Below are positions 51,047 to 64,000 of a stretch of 64,000 nucleotides of DNA, in pieces. Source of the stretch: Octopus vulgaris (taxonomy: Eukaryota); NCBI GenBank assembly GCA_951406725.2, contig OX597831.1:124001-188000 (forward strand), written 5' to 3'. Under the pieces are notes generated by a model. The model was not told the DNA's origin. It did no database searches and saw only the letters and a list, made by a program, of their open reading frames with translations. The position numbers and the translations under genes are program-made. Within the stretch, counting starts at the first letter, position 1. Every line of letters starts with the position of its first letter.

Positions 51047-52259
51047 TATATGATATATTGTTATGCCACTGAAAGTTTAGGTAAAATTTGTCCATCACTC
51101 GCTGTCTCTCTCTTTCTCACTCACTCAACACAAAGAAGATACGTGATTTCCTCGCCAAAAATTGCAAAGGGAAACTGCTTTAGCGTTTCAAATTTATTCT
51201 GCCATCTGGGATTATTATATCTTATATATTTTATATTCAGTGACTCTAACAGGTATAAAAAGATAATTTTGTTTTAATATTTATGCTTTTAGTTGTTTCA
51301 TGCACAAACTAATGTGCATTTCTCTTTAGATTAATTATTTATCCTTATATATCTCTCCACTGACTTTGGTACCACTGTAACTTCTATAAGCTCTGCTTTT
51401 TCACTTATTTATTTCAAAATTCTTCAATTTTCAATTTAATGTACTACACACTCTCTTGAAAACATGTTTCTGCAAAATGTCATCTAAAAATATGGGTAGA
51501 TAAAGAAACAGCAAAAAATATTGGGGTGGCGTGTAGGCTGAAATGTCTGACGCTTCCACCACACCCCTTCCTGTGTTTCGAACCACAAAAAAAGGGGTTT
51601 TGTGACCTAATATGAGGTCACCGAATTCATTCAATGACACAAAAAAGATATTTCCAATGATTCTGGGATGTGGTGTGGTTTCTCACCCACCCCATTTTCT
51701 GAACAAAAATGAGGGGTTTGCAGCATATTAGGTCAGGGTATTTGATTCCACACAAAAAACCCGAGATTTTATTTTTTTTCTTAGTGAAAATCTTGCGGGT
51801 GAAAGTATCAAAATTGACCCCAGTGAGTAGAGCCATCTATAGGAGAAGTCATGTAATATAATTATATAAGGGGGAAACAACTCCAGCAGCACTTGATCTT
51901 CATGACAATTCAATTATTAACTATGCTAAACATCCTTTTGAAGGGTTCGGGTCCTTGCTTCTGATATATATATATATCATCATCATCATCGTTTAACGTC
52001 CGTTTTCCATGCTAGCATGGGTTGGACGGTTCAACTGGGGTCTGGGAAGCCAGAAGGCTGCGCCAGGCCCAGTCTGATCTGGCAGTGTTTCTACAGCTGG
52101 ATGCCCTTCCTAACGCCAACCACTCCGTGAGTGTAGTGGGTGCTTTTTACGTGCCACCTGCACAGGTGCTAGACGAGGCTGGCAAACGGCCACGATTGGA
52201 TGATATATATATATATCTACACACACACACATATATATATATACATATTTATATATATA

Positions 52260-52579
52260 TATAAAACTTAGATATGTTTCGACCAAAGATTGGTCCAGGC
52301 CATGTCTAACTTAATAGCACCACCTTATAGGATTATCTAAATCCTGTTTAAGTCAAGTTTTGTTTATGGTCCATTCAAGTAGTGAGTTGTATCCAATTAT
52401 GGGTGGCTTATCTGGTATTCCTTGAAGGAATCTATCCAGACTCCATTTAAAGTTGATGGGATCCTTTTCCTCTTTGATCTCTTTCGGGACAATGTTAAGT
52501 AGGGCAGGGCCTGTTGAGGAAAAGAAATTATGTATGCTGTGATCTTGAATTGGGCAGGGGACGTATGGCCCGTGGTCCC
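52260..52579 (-). mobile_element. CR1/L2-group LINE 3' end inserted in a (TA)n array
   Basis: HNFFSSTGPALLNIVPKEIK..FKWSLDRFLQGIPDKPPIIGY..NSLLEW*; 3' stem-loop gaccaatctttggtc followed by gaaaca. Confidence 0.8.
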
Positions 52580-53027
52580 ATATATATATATATATATATA
52601 TAAATTTGACATGGACGATTCTTTCTTGTCCTGGAATTAACGATCAAACGGCTGGGTGGAATTGCACCAAAGATTACACAGATATGTAGATTTACTTTAT
52701 AATCGTAATCTATACCCTGTGAAAGGTATTTATATAAAATTTCATTTCAGAGAAACCCCATTTTCCTAAAAGTTACGTGTGTAAAACTTCGGATCTTGTG
52801 TATTTTCCGAAGGCTTCCCTCCAGCCCCCTTGCTCTCCCCACATTTTTGTCTTCAGATTTGTTTTCTACACCTTTTACACCCGTTGCACCATTTTATTAT
52901 TTTTTTTGTTTCTTTGGATTTCGTTTCTGGGTAATAATGTCAACATTAACCGAAATCAATTTGTAAAATGAGAGGAATGTGGCATAACAAACTGGTAACA
53001 TGAGAGGAAACTGATTCAAGAATGGAT

Positions 53028-53411
53028 GGAAGCACTCCGTCGGTTACGACGATGAGGGTTCCGGTTGATCCGAATCAACGGAACAGCCTGCTCGTGAAAT
53101 TAACGTGTAAGTGGCTGAGCACTCCACAGACACGTGCACCCTTGACGTAGTTCTCGGGGATATTCAGCATGACACAGAGAGTGACAAGGCCGGCCCCTTG
53201 AAATACAAGGTACAACAGAAACAGGAAGTAAGAGTGAGAGAAAGTTGTGGTGAAAGAGTACAGCAGGGATTACCACCATCCCCTGCCGGAGCATCGTGGA
53301 GCTTTAGGTGTTTTCGCTCAATAAACACTCACAACGCCCGGTCTGGGAATCAAAACCGAAATCCTATGACTGCGAGTCTGCTGCCCTAACCACTGGGCCA
53401 TTGCACCTCCA
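53028..53411 (-). mobile_element. SINE family C
   Basis: TSD (ac)tgattcaagaat. Confidence 0.9.
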
Positions 53412-53948
53412 CTGATTCAAGAATAACACATTGATAAATGTTGTCCTGTTGTTTATGAAGCACTGATAAAACGTTCAGTTGACGAAGATTTCCTTTATGG
53501 TTATATTAATAATACTAATCATGATGAGGGTTTCAAATTTTTGGTCCAGGGCCAGCAACATTTAATGCTTGCGGGAAGTCGAATACGTGAAACCCAGTAT
53601 TTCCCGAAAGAGATGAAAGGTGAAGTCAACCTCGGCTGGATTTGAACTCGGAACTCTATGCCGAGCTGGATTTTGCCTTTAATTCCTTTCGAGATGCACA
53701 AAATAATACCATGTCATTCATTAGCTAATACATGAGTATAACTACACTGAATATGATATGAATTCGAACAGAATTGATGCTGGCAGCCAAACCAACTAGA
53801 TCCCTTAATTTGCAACACCTGTGCGTTTTTATCAGCCTCACTTTTGTTGGTAATTCTCGTCAACAACTTTTCTTGTGATCATGATTTGATAAGACATACA
53901 GCAGTATGCTAAAGATCGAACATAATCTCTTGAGGGCAAGAAATCATA

Positions 53949-54611
53949 TCTATAAAAGGCATGATGTGTGTGTGTGTGTGTACGTGATTGTAATTTATGC
54001 ACATCCACAAATTAGCACGCATGTCGCTCAAATTTTAGGAGGACATTCGTCAACACTCTATCTGGGTTTTGTCAACTTATTTTTTTCCCCGAGGCACCCG
54101 CGGATAGTGTAAAAATCTATTTTTAGCCATAAAATATATCAGCCATGGCTTTTTTTGATGGCGTCTAACAAAAAAAAATAAAGAAAAGTGGAAGAGGGGC
54201 AGAGAGTTTCACAGGAAAGACAAAGGGAGAGAGAGAGAGAAAGTGATGACGTTCATAAAAAATAAAATGTAAAATGTTTTGTTTTTTCTTAAACACGAGA
54301 TATAGTGTTCAAAAAATCAGGATGATTTTGAAAGACACTATATTTTATAATCATAGTATATATACTTTCTCACACAACAATTACAATATACATATTTTAA
54401 TTCATTTATTTATTTTAAACCGTCCATCTTTCTCCTCCCTCTCTCTCTCACACACATTACTTTGGGTGCGAAAGAGTTTTGTTTTTATTTTACGCCGAGT
54501 AGAAAAGTGTTTTGTTGAGAGTCGATATTACTTAGTTTGGTTTGAAATAAAGAACTTGATTAGCTTAATAATCGTAACTTAATCCCGGGCAAGGCCGGGT
54601 TATACTGCTAG
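53949..54611 (+). mobile_element. Non-autonomous Helitron
   Basis: A|TCTATAAAA start (less certain); 3' hairpin cccgggcaaggccggg + CTAG|T. Confidence 0.6.
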
Positions 54612-55629
54612 TGTAAAATAAAGTTTATTATAAACAACATGTGATACCTGTTCAATAGAAATTATCTTTATTCAATAAAAATTTAATTAAATCCAATCAA
54701 GAGTAAGTGAAATTCTGCTGAATAAAAACTAAATTAAAAATATTTATCCCTGGCTGTCTCGGCAATACTCAGAACTTTTAGGTGAGAATTTTACATAAGT
54801 AGGACACATTTTCATATGACGCCACCAGAAAATGTTACGGCAGAAATTGAATTCACCTTAATAGACGTCATTGACTGGTTGAAATTGCCGAAATGCAAGA
54901 AATTAAACAACAAATATGTTACAAACTACAGAATTTTCTCAAGAAAGCCAAGAGAAAAAGATGTTTTATAAACACATTCTACCAGTATATGAAGTTTAAA
55001 ATTTTTTAGTTACATAGAAATTATTTTAAAAATCTGCCGGTCAAAGTGGAAAGATCCCACTTGTTTTAACAAATATCATCCTGAAAATCACCTCTGTCAA
55101 TTACACGGGTGCACAAAGTACATGGGTGTTTACAGCGCTTGTGTTTAGTTAAGTGATACTTTTTAGAAAATGATTTACCACATATTACAAAGATATGGCT
55201 TTGCTATTTGCCGGTGGCACGTAAAGAACACCATTCGAGCATGATCGTTACCAGCGTCGCCTTACTGGCACCCATGCCAGTGGCATGTGTAAAAGATTCG
55301 AGTGAGATCGTTGCCAGTGCCGCCTGACTGGCCCCGTGCCGGTGGCATGTAAAAGCACCCACTACACTCTCAGGGTGGTTGGCGTTATGAAGGGCATCAA
55401 GCTGTAGAAACTCTACCAGATCAAGATAGAAGCCTGGTGCAGCCATCTGGTTCGCCAGCCCTGAGTCAAAATTGTCCAACCCATGCTAGCATGGAAAGCA
55501 GACATTAAACGATGGTGATGATGTGTGTGTTTGTGTCGAGCCAAGTCCTACAAGACATTATAATGATATTTCTTTTCTCCTGTATATGTATGTATGCGTT
55601 GAATCAAGTTACACCCATAAGAGAACGAT

Positions 55630-56118
55630 TTACCACGTGTTACAAAGATATGGCTTTACTGTTGCATGTGTATACTCGTGTTTAGTCAAGTTACTCCTTT
55701 TAGCGAATGACCTATCACAGATATCACAATCATATGGCTTTTCTCCTGTGTGAGTACGTTTATGTTGAGACAAGTTACTCCTACACGCGAATGATTTACC
55801 ACAGATATCACAACGAAACGGCTCTTCTCCCGTATGTGTACGTTTGTGTTCAGTCAACGTACTCCTTCGAGAGAATGATTTACCACAGATACCACAATCA
55901 TATGGCTTTTCTCCTGTATGTGTATGTTTGTGGTGAGCCAAGTTACTCCTACAGGAGAATGATTTACTACAGATATCGCAATGATATGGCTTTTCTCCTG
56001 TATGCGTATGCTTGTGTTCAATCAAGGTATTCCTATAAGAGAATGATTTACCACAGATTTCACAGGAATGTTGCTTCTCTCTTGAATCTGGTTTTTTTGG
56101 TTTAGCTAATTTGCTCAT
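55630..56118 (-). CDS. Tandem C2H2 zinc-finger protein ZNF-C (5 fingers; decayed fingers continue to ~55120 across a SINE D insertion)
   Basis: [26 protein letters not shown]..; a deletion in finger 6 gives CNTW*; acceptor AG at 56525-56524. Confidence 0.8.
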   Translation of the reverse strand: MSKLAKPKKPDSREKQHSCEICGKSFSYRNTLIEHKHTHTGEKPYHCDICSKSFSCRSNLAHHKHTHTGEKPYDCGICGKSFSRRSTLTEHKRTHTGEEPFRCDICGKSFACRSNLSQHKRTHTGEKPYDCDICDRSFAKRSNLTKHEYTHATVKPYLCNTW

Positions 56119-56951
56119 TATGAGAGAATAATTTATTATACATATCACAATAATAATGTTTCCTTCATCTCTATAAATATCTTTGTTTTCAGTTCTGCCA
56201 CTTTTTCTAGAAAAGAATTCGAAGCTGTGTTTCTTTCTTCTGTGATCTTACTTAATATCTAAATCAGCAGGTGGAAATTGTCATCTCGTTTATAAAGTTA
56301 TCCAACCTTAATTAACCTGTAAGGCAATCACTTCCTCTACATTCCAAACAGTGAAGACAAGAAAAAATATTGTATTCTTAGATTGTATTCATATAAATTT
56401 TGATGTATTGATGAATGCTGCTGATAAATTATGTCATCTTGCTTTAGTTGATGAAACAACGTAAAAATATGAAAGGCACATCTGAATGAAGAAATTTCTT
56501 GTGGGTCAACATAAGGTGATATTCTGAAATAGGAAAAGAAACAGTAAGATAAAGAGAATAGTGAAATGATACAGTAATTCAATGTTGCAAAATTTAACAT
56601 TGTCATCCATTAAATGGTTCCAGGGGTCAGAAAATTGTAATTTGTTTGTTTAACGTAGTTTAATTTTTCGAATTTTAACCAATGAATCGCCTCTAGTGAG
56701 CTAAAATCATTTACTGCGTCTAAAACTGAGACAACATCCTGTCACTAACCCTAACCCTAAATTTTAGCCTTTCGTTTTGTTTTTTTTTCTTAATTGTTAA
56801 ATTAATTTAATTGTTACGCGTGTGTCTAAAATTATTCGCTTAGTTTTTGCTTTGAGTTTTTGCTTCGTTGTAGCCTTTCGTTATGTATACGCACGGAAAG
56901 CGTGTGTATAAAATTATAGAATTATTTTGTTTGTTAATTGTTTAAATTATT

Positions 56952-57327
56952 GGCAATCTTTCGTCTCTAGTAGACCTTTCCGTCGATTTCCGTTAAAATT
57001 TTTTTTTTTTTACATATGGGCTTGCGGGAACTTTTGAAGTAACGAGAGCGAAAGAGACACATTACTCTCTCTGTCTCTTCACACACACTAACAGAAGCAC
57101 TTCACTTACACAACATACTGTCTGTCTCCCACACCCCATCAAACACACACATGTACATCAATGCTCCCATGCACGGTAACTTCAAACGAACTTCCCTCGT
57201 CATACAATCGCTTTCTCTTAGTCTCTTTCGCTCTCATTACTTCAAAAGTTCCCGCAAGCCCATATGTAAAAAAAAGAATTTTTTTACGGAAATCGACGGA
57301 AAGGTCTACTAGAGACGAAAGATTGCC
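56952..57327. mobile_element. Merlin-like fold-back MITE
   Basis: ~105-bp TIRs starting GGCAA; 8-bp TSD aaattatt. Confidence 0.85.
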
Positions 57328-57780
57328 AAATTATTTTCCATTGCTTTCGTTTTAGCCTTTCGTTTTTTTTTTTTTCTTAATTGTTATCCTTAAATTAATT
57401 TAACAATAGGGCCCTGTACATCTTAAATTTCAAAGCACGAACTCATTCCAGTTCGACTTTGCCTTGCATCCTTTCCAGGTAAACAAAATAAGGAGCTCCT
57501 TTAGAAACGCATCTCTCCAAGAAAATGAAATGCAATTGAAAAAAAAAAAAGTCATGAAAATATATACAAAGTAAATGATGTATGCAAAAAAAATTAGGAA
57601 GATTTATCCGTTTTAAATATTTTATACTAAAGAATAAAACAGACAGAGAACGTTGCTGGCCCCGGGCCAAAATTTGAAACCATCATCATTATTACTTTAT
57701 GCAGCCCGAAAAAGAAGTCCAGCTCTCAGTGGAAATAGGGCCGAGGTCGTATTTGCCTTTCATCCTTTTCGAGAAATACT

Positions 57781-58011
57781 TGTTTCTTTACTACCCACAA
57801 GGGGCTAAACATAGAGGGGACAAACAAGGACAGACAAGGGGATTAAGTCGATTATATCGACCCCAGTGCGTAATTGGTACTTATTTAATCGACCCCGAAA
57901 GGATGAAAGGCAAAGTCAACCTCGGCGGAATTTGAACTCAGAACGTAGCGACAGACGAAATACTGCTAAGCATTTCGTCTGGCGTGCTAACGATTCTGCC
58001 AGCTCGCTGCC
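57781..58011 (-). mobile_element. SINE family B inserted antisense into an older B-related SINE
   Basis: TSD (cc)ttttcgagaaatact. Confidence 0.9.
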
Positions 58012-58654
58012 TTTTCGAGAAATACTGAGTTCAATGTATTCGACTTCGGGTTCGCATAAAAGACTTCTGGCCCCGGGCCAAAATGTGAAACCATCATTAC
58101 GATTATCAAAATAACCTTAAAGTAAATCTTCGTCAACTTAATGTTTTATCAATGCCTCATTAACAAACAACAGGACAACATTAATTAATGCGGTATTCTT
58201 CAATCGGTTTCCTCTCATTTTGCTTATTAATTGCGCCGCTTTACTTTCATTTTACCAATTAATTTATTTACTTTATATGACATGAAACAGTCGATCATAG
58301 GTTTTCATAAACAATAAATCAACATTTCTGTTTGGAAATTATTAATTAAGGCGAGGAAATACCTTTCCCTATTGTCATACCTTCGAAATAATTACTATAA
58401 CATCGAGAGGGTCACATAATTCTATAATTTACATTATTATTATTAGCATTACAGCCTTAAAGAAAATCTTTGTCAACTTACCGTATTCAGATACAAACAA
58501 CGAGTCAGTGATCAGTAATTAAGCACCTTAATTAATGATTTACTTGGTCGTCGCTTGAAGTGTTGTATAAGTTACTTCCCTCTATATTATTGTATTTCTT
58601 CAATTCTCCCATAGATGGCGCTTCCTACCGCTTTACTTTCGTTTTATAAATTAA

Positions 58655-59045
58655 CTAGCAGTATCGCCCGGCGTTGCTCGGATTTGTAAGGGAAGTAACT
58701 ATATAAGCATTTTTAGAGAGTTATAGCAAAAAAATGCATTAAAAAATGAATAAAAATTTATGGTAATTTTTTTTAAATCGTTGACTCATCGTAGACATTT
58801 TTAGAGAGTTACTTCCCTTATATAATAGCGAAAAAAATGCATTAAAATGGAAAAAAATGATAGTAATTTTTTTTTTAAATCGTAGACTCAAAGTAGACGC
58901 GCGCTAATACCCAGAAGGGCTTGATATGAATCACGACTATAAGATACCCGGTTTTGGTTAAACTGCACCGCAAAATGTGGGAGTAGTTAGGAATCTAAAT
59001 CGTAGGAGACAGACACTCACACAACTACAGTTTTATATATAGAGA
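58655..59045 (-). mobile_element. Non-autonomous Helitron inside a ~385-bp tandem duplication (58236-59420)
   Basis: Minus strand A|TCTCTATATATAAAAC ... ccgagcaacgccgggcgatactgCTAG|T. Confidence 0.85.
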
Positions 59046-59475
59046 TTTCCTTTATATGACATGAGACAGTCGATCATAGGTTTTCCTAAACAATAAATTG
59101 ACATTTCTGTTTGGAAATTATTAATTAAGACGAGGAAATGTATTTTCCCGTTGTTCTGTTTTCGTTTCAAAATAATTACTGTAAAATCGAGAGGTTCACA
59201 GAATTCTATTAATTACATTATTATTATTAATGGTATTATTATCACCATTACAGCCTTAAAGTAAATCTTTTGTCAACTTACCGTATTCAGCTATAAACAG
59301 CGACTCAGTGTTCGGTAATTAATCACCTTAATTAATAATTTAATTGATTGGATGTTGATGTACTGTAGAAGTTATTTCCCTTGTGATAATTCTATTCATC
59401 AGTTTCCAGTAGATGGCTCTACAGACTGGCTGGATTCATTCATCTTTTTCTTTGTCCCATTCTCTCAGCAAATTT

Positions 59476-60209
59476 GGATCTTTTCGGTTTGACCGGCAGT
59501 TTTTTAAGATAATTTCCACGTAACTAGACAGTTTTAAACTTCGTATACTGGTAGAATGTGTTTATAAAACATATTTTTCTGTTGGCTTTATTGAGAAAAT
59601 TCTATTTGTAAGATATTTGTTGTTTTTTTTTCTTTCATTTCTGCAATTTCAACCAATCAATGACGTCTATTGAGGTGAATTCAATTTCTGCCGTAGTGTG
59701 TCAACAACAATTATTTGCAGTGTCATATGAAAATGTCCCTGTTTTTTATGAGAAAAAAAAGATACCCTGTGGCCATAAACTGAGGGGTCACTCGTAAACA
59801 GAGTTGGATAACAAAACCGTTCCCTCTTTAGTGTCCACCCATAATTATGACCCTAGTATCGATCTATTGCATTTCAATCAGTTTTAGGGTTAGGTGGGGA
59901 GTATCTTTTTTTCTTCAGAAATATAAATAAACCCAATCTGTTTCTTAAATGAATATATAATATATAAGAGGGACATTTTCATATGACGCCGGCAGAAATT
60001 GAATTCACCTCAATAGACGTCATTGATTGGTTGAAATTGCCGAAATGCAAGAAATTAAACAACAAATATGTTACAAACTACAGAATTTTCTCAAGAAAGC
60101 CAAGAGAAAAAGATGTTTTATGAACACATTCTACCAGTATACGAAGTTTAAAATTTTTTAGTTACATAGAAATTATTTTTAAAATCTGCCGGTCAAAGTG
60201 AAAAGATCC
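59476..60209. mobile_element. Merlin-like MITE with long internal inverted arms
   Basis: Same termini as 39304-39694; 59476-59745 inverted relative to 59970-60209. Confidence 0.75.
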
Positions 60210-60562
60210 TCCTTCTCGAAGCTGAGTTATTTTCAAAAACACCCTGGAGCGTTTTTGAAAATAACGGATCTAAGACAAGGAAGCATATTATTCCAGTGTT
60301 GTTACGTGTGAAAGTGCGAATCACATCCAGGTTGCCTTTGTCTTTCATCCCTTTCAGGAATTACTGGGTTGTATGTATTCAACTTCCCACTCACATCAAA
60401 AATTGCTGGCCCTGGGTCATAATTTGAAACCATCATCATCATTACTATTATGAATGTAACCTTAAATAAAATCTTTGTCATCGTTTTATTATTGCCTAAT
60501 AAAGACAGCATTAATTAATGTGGTATTCTTTAACTGTTTCCCTCTCATTTTACTTATTAATT

Positions 60563-61948
60563 GGAAAAGAAGGACTTGGAAGCTTAAGAACCGTTCATAT
60601 AGTCAGAGATTTAGGGATATCCTTACCGAGAAATTTGATGACATAGAAGGCAGCTCGGAATTCCTGCGAGACTGCTTGCTGAGTGACACAGACCAAATCT
60701 GTGACTGGTGCAAAGTCCTTTCCAGACCTAGGGGGGAATTACAACCGTGTTTCATGGTCTGCTACCACAACAGCTCCTTTATAGGATCCAGTTAGCTCAA
60801 GACATCATCAGGAGGAACCACGTCCGGTTTCGGCCCCTACTCCTCTACTGTTTTGACGTGGTGGGGCCCTCCCTTTCGTTGGTGTCTTCAGCTCTGGTGT
60901 TGGGTGCATGTCTTCTTTCTTTTGTTCCCTGGCCTCTTCGATGTATCATCAGCGAGTGTCAGCTGGTGACTGACTGACTTGTCAAATTTTTCCCTTTAAA
61001 TACCTGCCGCTAGGCTCCAGCAGGAAGCCCCAGCAAGTTGTCACGTGACACTGTCTCACCTTAACTGGTTAGTGAAGGCGCCTAGTTTTAGCCCGCGCAT
61101 TCCCTAAATGATCGTCACCTGTCAGTCAGCGAAGCTGATTCAGTGTCAGCTTGTCTTACCTAATGATGGTGGAACAATACTGTAGACAGGACCATTAGTG
61201 CAAAGAAGCAAGCCTGGAATGCCTGTAAGAGTTGGTGTAGCAGGAGAATGTATCAGATAGCCAAAGGGAAACTAAGAGACAGGGAGTTGTAGAAGAGAAG
61301 AGGTTTGCTAATGTTCAGCGATGTGAGGACCAGAGAAATGAAGTATTTTGGATTTCAAGACAGTGTGTGAGAGAAAACCGTGATGTCATAGGAAAGAAAT
61401 GTGTCCGCATAGATGATGGTGCCCTTGCGTTTAATGATTCTGCAAAGAAAAAGGCTTGGCAAAGCCATTATGGAAGACTGCTAAATGTGGAGAATGAATG
61501 GGAGGAGGAGAGTCTGATAAATATTGACCCAATTGAGGGACCAGCTATCCAAATCAACAGTACCCAGGTAGATGAAGTAATTAAGGATATAAAGACGAGG
61601 AAAATCACCAGGTCCAACAAGAATCACTGCTGAGATGCTTAAAATATCGGGTTGTGTTGGTTATGGTCTTGTCACCCACATCGTAAATCAGGTAGTTCAT
61701 GAAGGAGTCATACCCAATGACTTGTGTAGCAGCACCATAGTCAACTGCTACAAGGGAAAAGGTGATACTTTAGACAGAAATAACTACAGGTGTATCAAAT
61801 TATTGGATCAGATGTTGAAAGTCACAGAGAGGGTTATAGCCCAACAAATTAGGGAGAGAGTTAGCCTGGATGAGATGCAGTTTGGTTTGTGACGGGCAGA
61901 AGCACCACTGATGCTGTATTTCTGGTAAAGCAACTGCAGGAGAAATTT
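60563..61948 (+). mobile_element. RTE-clade LINE ORF fragment (linker to RT start), interrupted at 60733-61160
   Basis: RRTWKLK.., WWNNTVD.., YKGKGDTLDRNNYRCIKLL..DEMQFG..GRSTTDAVF..QLQEK. Confidence 0.9.
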
Positions 61949-62021
61949 ACATAATATTGGTGTCATTTATTATTTTGTTGTCATATTATTATTATTATTA
62001 ACAATATATAACAAACAAATA

Positions 62022-62272
62022 AATGTGCCCTTTTAAAGCGTAGCCAGGCTCACGGGCCCGGTTCCCAGGTTTCAATGGCATATGTGTTCCCCAGCTGGAT
62101 GGGATGCCAGTCCATCGTAGCGTTACTCATTTTTGCCAGCTGAGTAGATTGGAGCAACATGAAAAGAAGTGTTTTGCTCAAGAACACAACGCGTTGCCCG
62201 GTCCAGGAATCGAAACCACAATCCTACGATCATGATGCTGATACCCTAACCACTAAGCCACGCGCATCCACA
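62022..62272 (-). mobile_element. tRNA-derived SINE with V/Meta-like core
   Basis: Minus-strand head gtggatgcgcgtggcttagtggttagg..gtttcgattcc; core ctacgatggactggcatcccatccag. Confidence 0.75.
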
Positions 62273-62325
<53 letters not shown>

Positions 62326-62590
62326 ACTATTCACTGAAGGAGGAATTATGCTAAGAACAATTAGTGTAATTTATAGGGTTCTTTCTTCTCAAATTTGTCA
62401 TCGTCAGCCTCAATTTCATCACTGCTGTCAATATTGATTTCATCATGGTCAAACTTCAACATCGTCACTATAAAAACAAAATAATCGGTGATTATTTGTA
62501 ACGTATGTGTAAAGAAGAAAATGCAAACTTTAACAACTCTGTATAATAAAAATGAGTTTTCAAACAGGGGAGATAAGCACCTCCACCCAG

Positions 62591-62629
62591 CAAAGACTAG
62601 TTTCAGAGTCATAACCCTTCATCAGTCTG
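62591..62629 (-). ncRNA. Minimal type I hammerhead ribozyme (Penelope pLTR type)
   Basis: caga-CTGATGA-agggt(tatg)actct-GAAAc-ta-GTC-tttg; palindromic stem III actagt. Confidence 0.65.
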
Positions 62630-62880
62630 GAGTAGCTTGGCTTGCTAGCTGTGAATGCTTTTCCCAATGAATTAAGTAACAACATTGTAGACAGAAATCA
62701 GTTCCTTACACACACACATACATACATAGGCGTGGCTGTCTGGTAAGAAGCTTGCTTCCAAACTATATGGTTCCATGTTCAGTCCCAGTGCACAGCACCT
62801 TTGGTAAGTGTCTTCTACTATATACTTGGGCTGACCAAACCCTTCTGAGAACATTTGGTAGAGGGAAATTGAAAGAAGCT

Positions 62881-62922
<42 letters not shown>

Positions 62923-63559
62923 ATACGATACAGTGTATATTTAAACACATATGAATTTCTAAATTTATTCCTGTCGAAGTTTATCCCCAATTTTGTGGTT
63001 GGGGAGTTTGGCTGCTCTTTCAAGCGTGTGGAATCCCTATGTGTTTATATATACACTGTATCGTATGTCTAATATATAGTCTCTTTGACTAAATTTTTTT
63101 ACATGTTAGACCACTGGAAATGTAAATTTTGATTAAATGTTTTTAATTTTAATTAAATTCCATTTCCCTTTGATATGATATATATATATATATATATATA
63201 TATGTGGGTGTATGTATGTATGTTGGGTAGGTGGGCTCCAAAAGGGGTCTCAGTGAGTGGTGTCCCTGCCTTCCTAAGCTAGTTTTCTACCACATTTCTT
63301 AAAAACCATGGCATGGTAGAATCCATGTACTCTGGAACACTCATGTCTAGAAACTGAGGTTGTGGCTAAGCAAGGGCATGCTCCTTGTAGAAAATCCAGC
63401 TCTAAAAAAGCCTCATGACAGCAGGTAAAAATGGTCATTAGCAGCCCAAAGGTTGGGGTGAGCTGCACCTGCCTGCCTCGGTTGCTAAGGCATTGAGATA
63501 GATCCAGCAACCCCAGTTAGCGGGGACAAATCCTGGATTTGAAACACTGGATGATAAAG

Positions 63560-64000
63560 ATGATGTACATATGTAATTGAGTATGTACATATGTGTGTGT
63601 GTCTGTGTGCATTTTTCCACCAGCCATCGCTTAATCATTGGTACTGGTGTGTTTATGTCCCTGTAACTCTGGTTTAGCAAAAGTCACCAATAAAATCAGT
63701 ACTGGACTTACAAAGACTAAGTCTTGGGGTTGATTTCTTCCATTGACACCCTTGAAGGTGGTGCTCCAGCAAGGCCTCAGTCAAATGACTGAAATATGTC
63801 AAAGAATAAAGACTAAAAGATTACATATAAATTACAGGAGCCAATGGAAGCAAGGCATTTGAATAACACCCTGTTAATACCTGCACTTTAACAGTGTTTA
63901 AGGACATGTAACATCAGCACCAAAAGGGTCACCAAATCCCTAGGTGACAAAAAATCCCACAACAGGGAGGTGGGCAGTTACTATTGAACAGGTGTGCCAT
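63560..64000 (-). repeat. Inverted paralogous copy of the ZNF-B 3' flank (48279-48720)
   Basis: Colinear unique sequence plus the same SINE A tail at the same position. Confidence 0.9.

Noticed and set aside
56745-56760. CCCTAA telomere-like repeats (also 34382, 34581, 59885)
   Set aside because: Only 2-3 units inside MITE-like repeats; not a telomere or fusion scar.
60860-60895. CTGAAGA..CGAAA hammerhead-like spacing on the minus strand
   Set aside because: No NUH site or stem I/III pairing in register.

Overview
AT-rich, microsatellite- and transposon-saturated animal genomic DNA. The tRNA-derived SINE families and the tandem C2H2 zinc-finger genes point to a coleoid cephalopod, most likely Octopus (inference). 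Host genes are a small cluster of C2H2-only zinc-finger genes whose whole finger array sits in one exon: ZNF-A (+, 36762-37661), ZNF-B (+, 46517-47753, frameshifted) and ZNF-C (-, 55630-56118). The 3' flank of a probable fourth copy lies at the right edge. The rest is nested mobile DNA: several SINE families, CR1-group and RTE LINE remnants, an ORF1-only non-LTR element, a Penelope-like GIY-YIG remnant, solo LTRs, mariner and rosa/DD41D-like transposons, hAT, piggyBac-like and Merlin-like MITEs, and Helitrons. The most unusual signal is two highly diverged, microsatellite-associated repeats (~4.93 kb and ~17.06 kb). Both keep all hammerhead-ribozyme core boxes and covarying helices, but in a non-circularly permuted (pseudoknotted) strand order. 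Two ordinary type-I hammerheads also occur (5.41 kb, 62.6 kb). Also notable are a sharp identity step exactly at the start codon of the inverted ZNF-B/ZNF-C pair and a 22-codon uORF conserved in all three ZNF leaders. All alignments and folds were done by eye; nothing was computed or searched.
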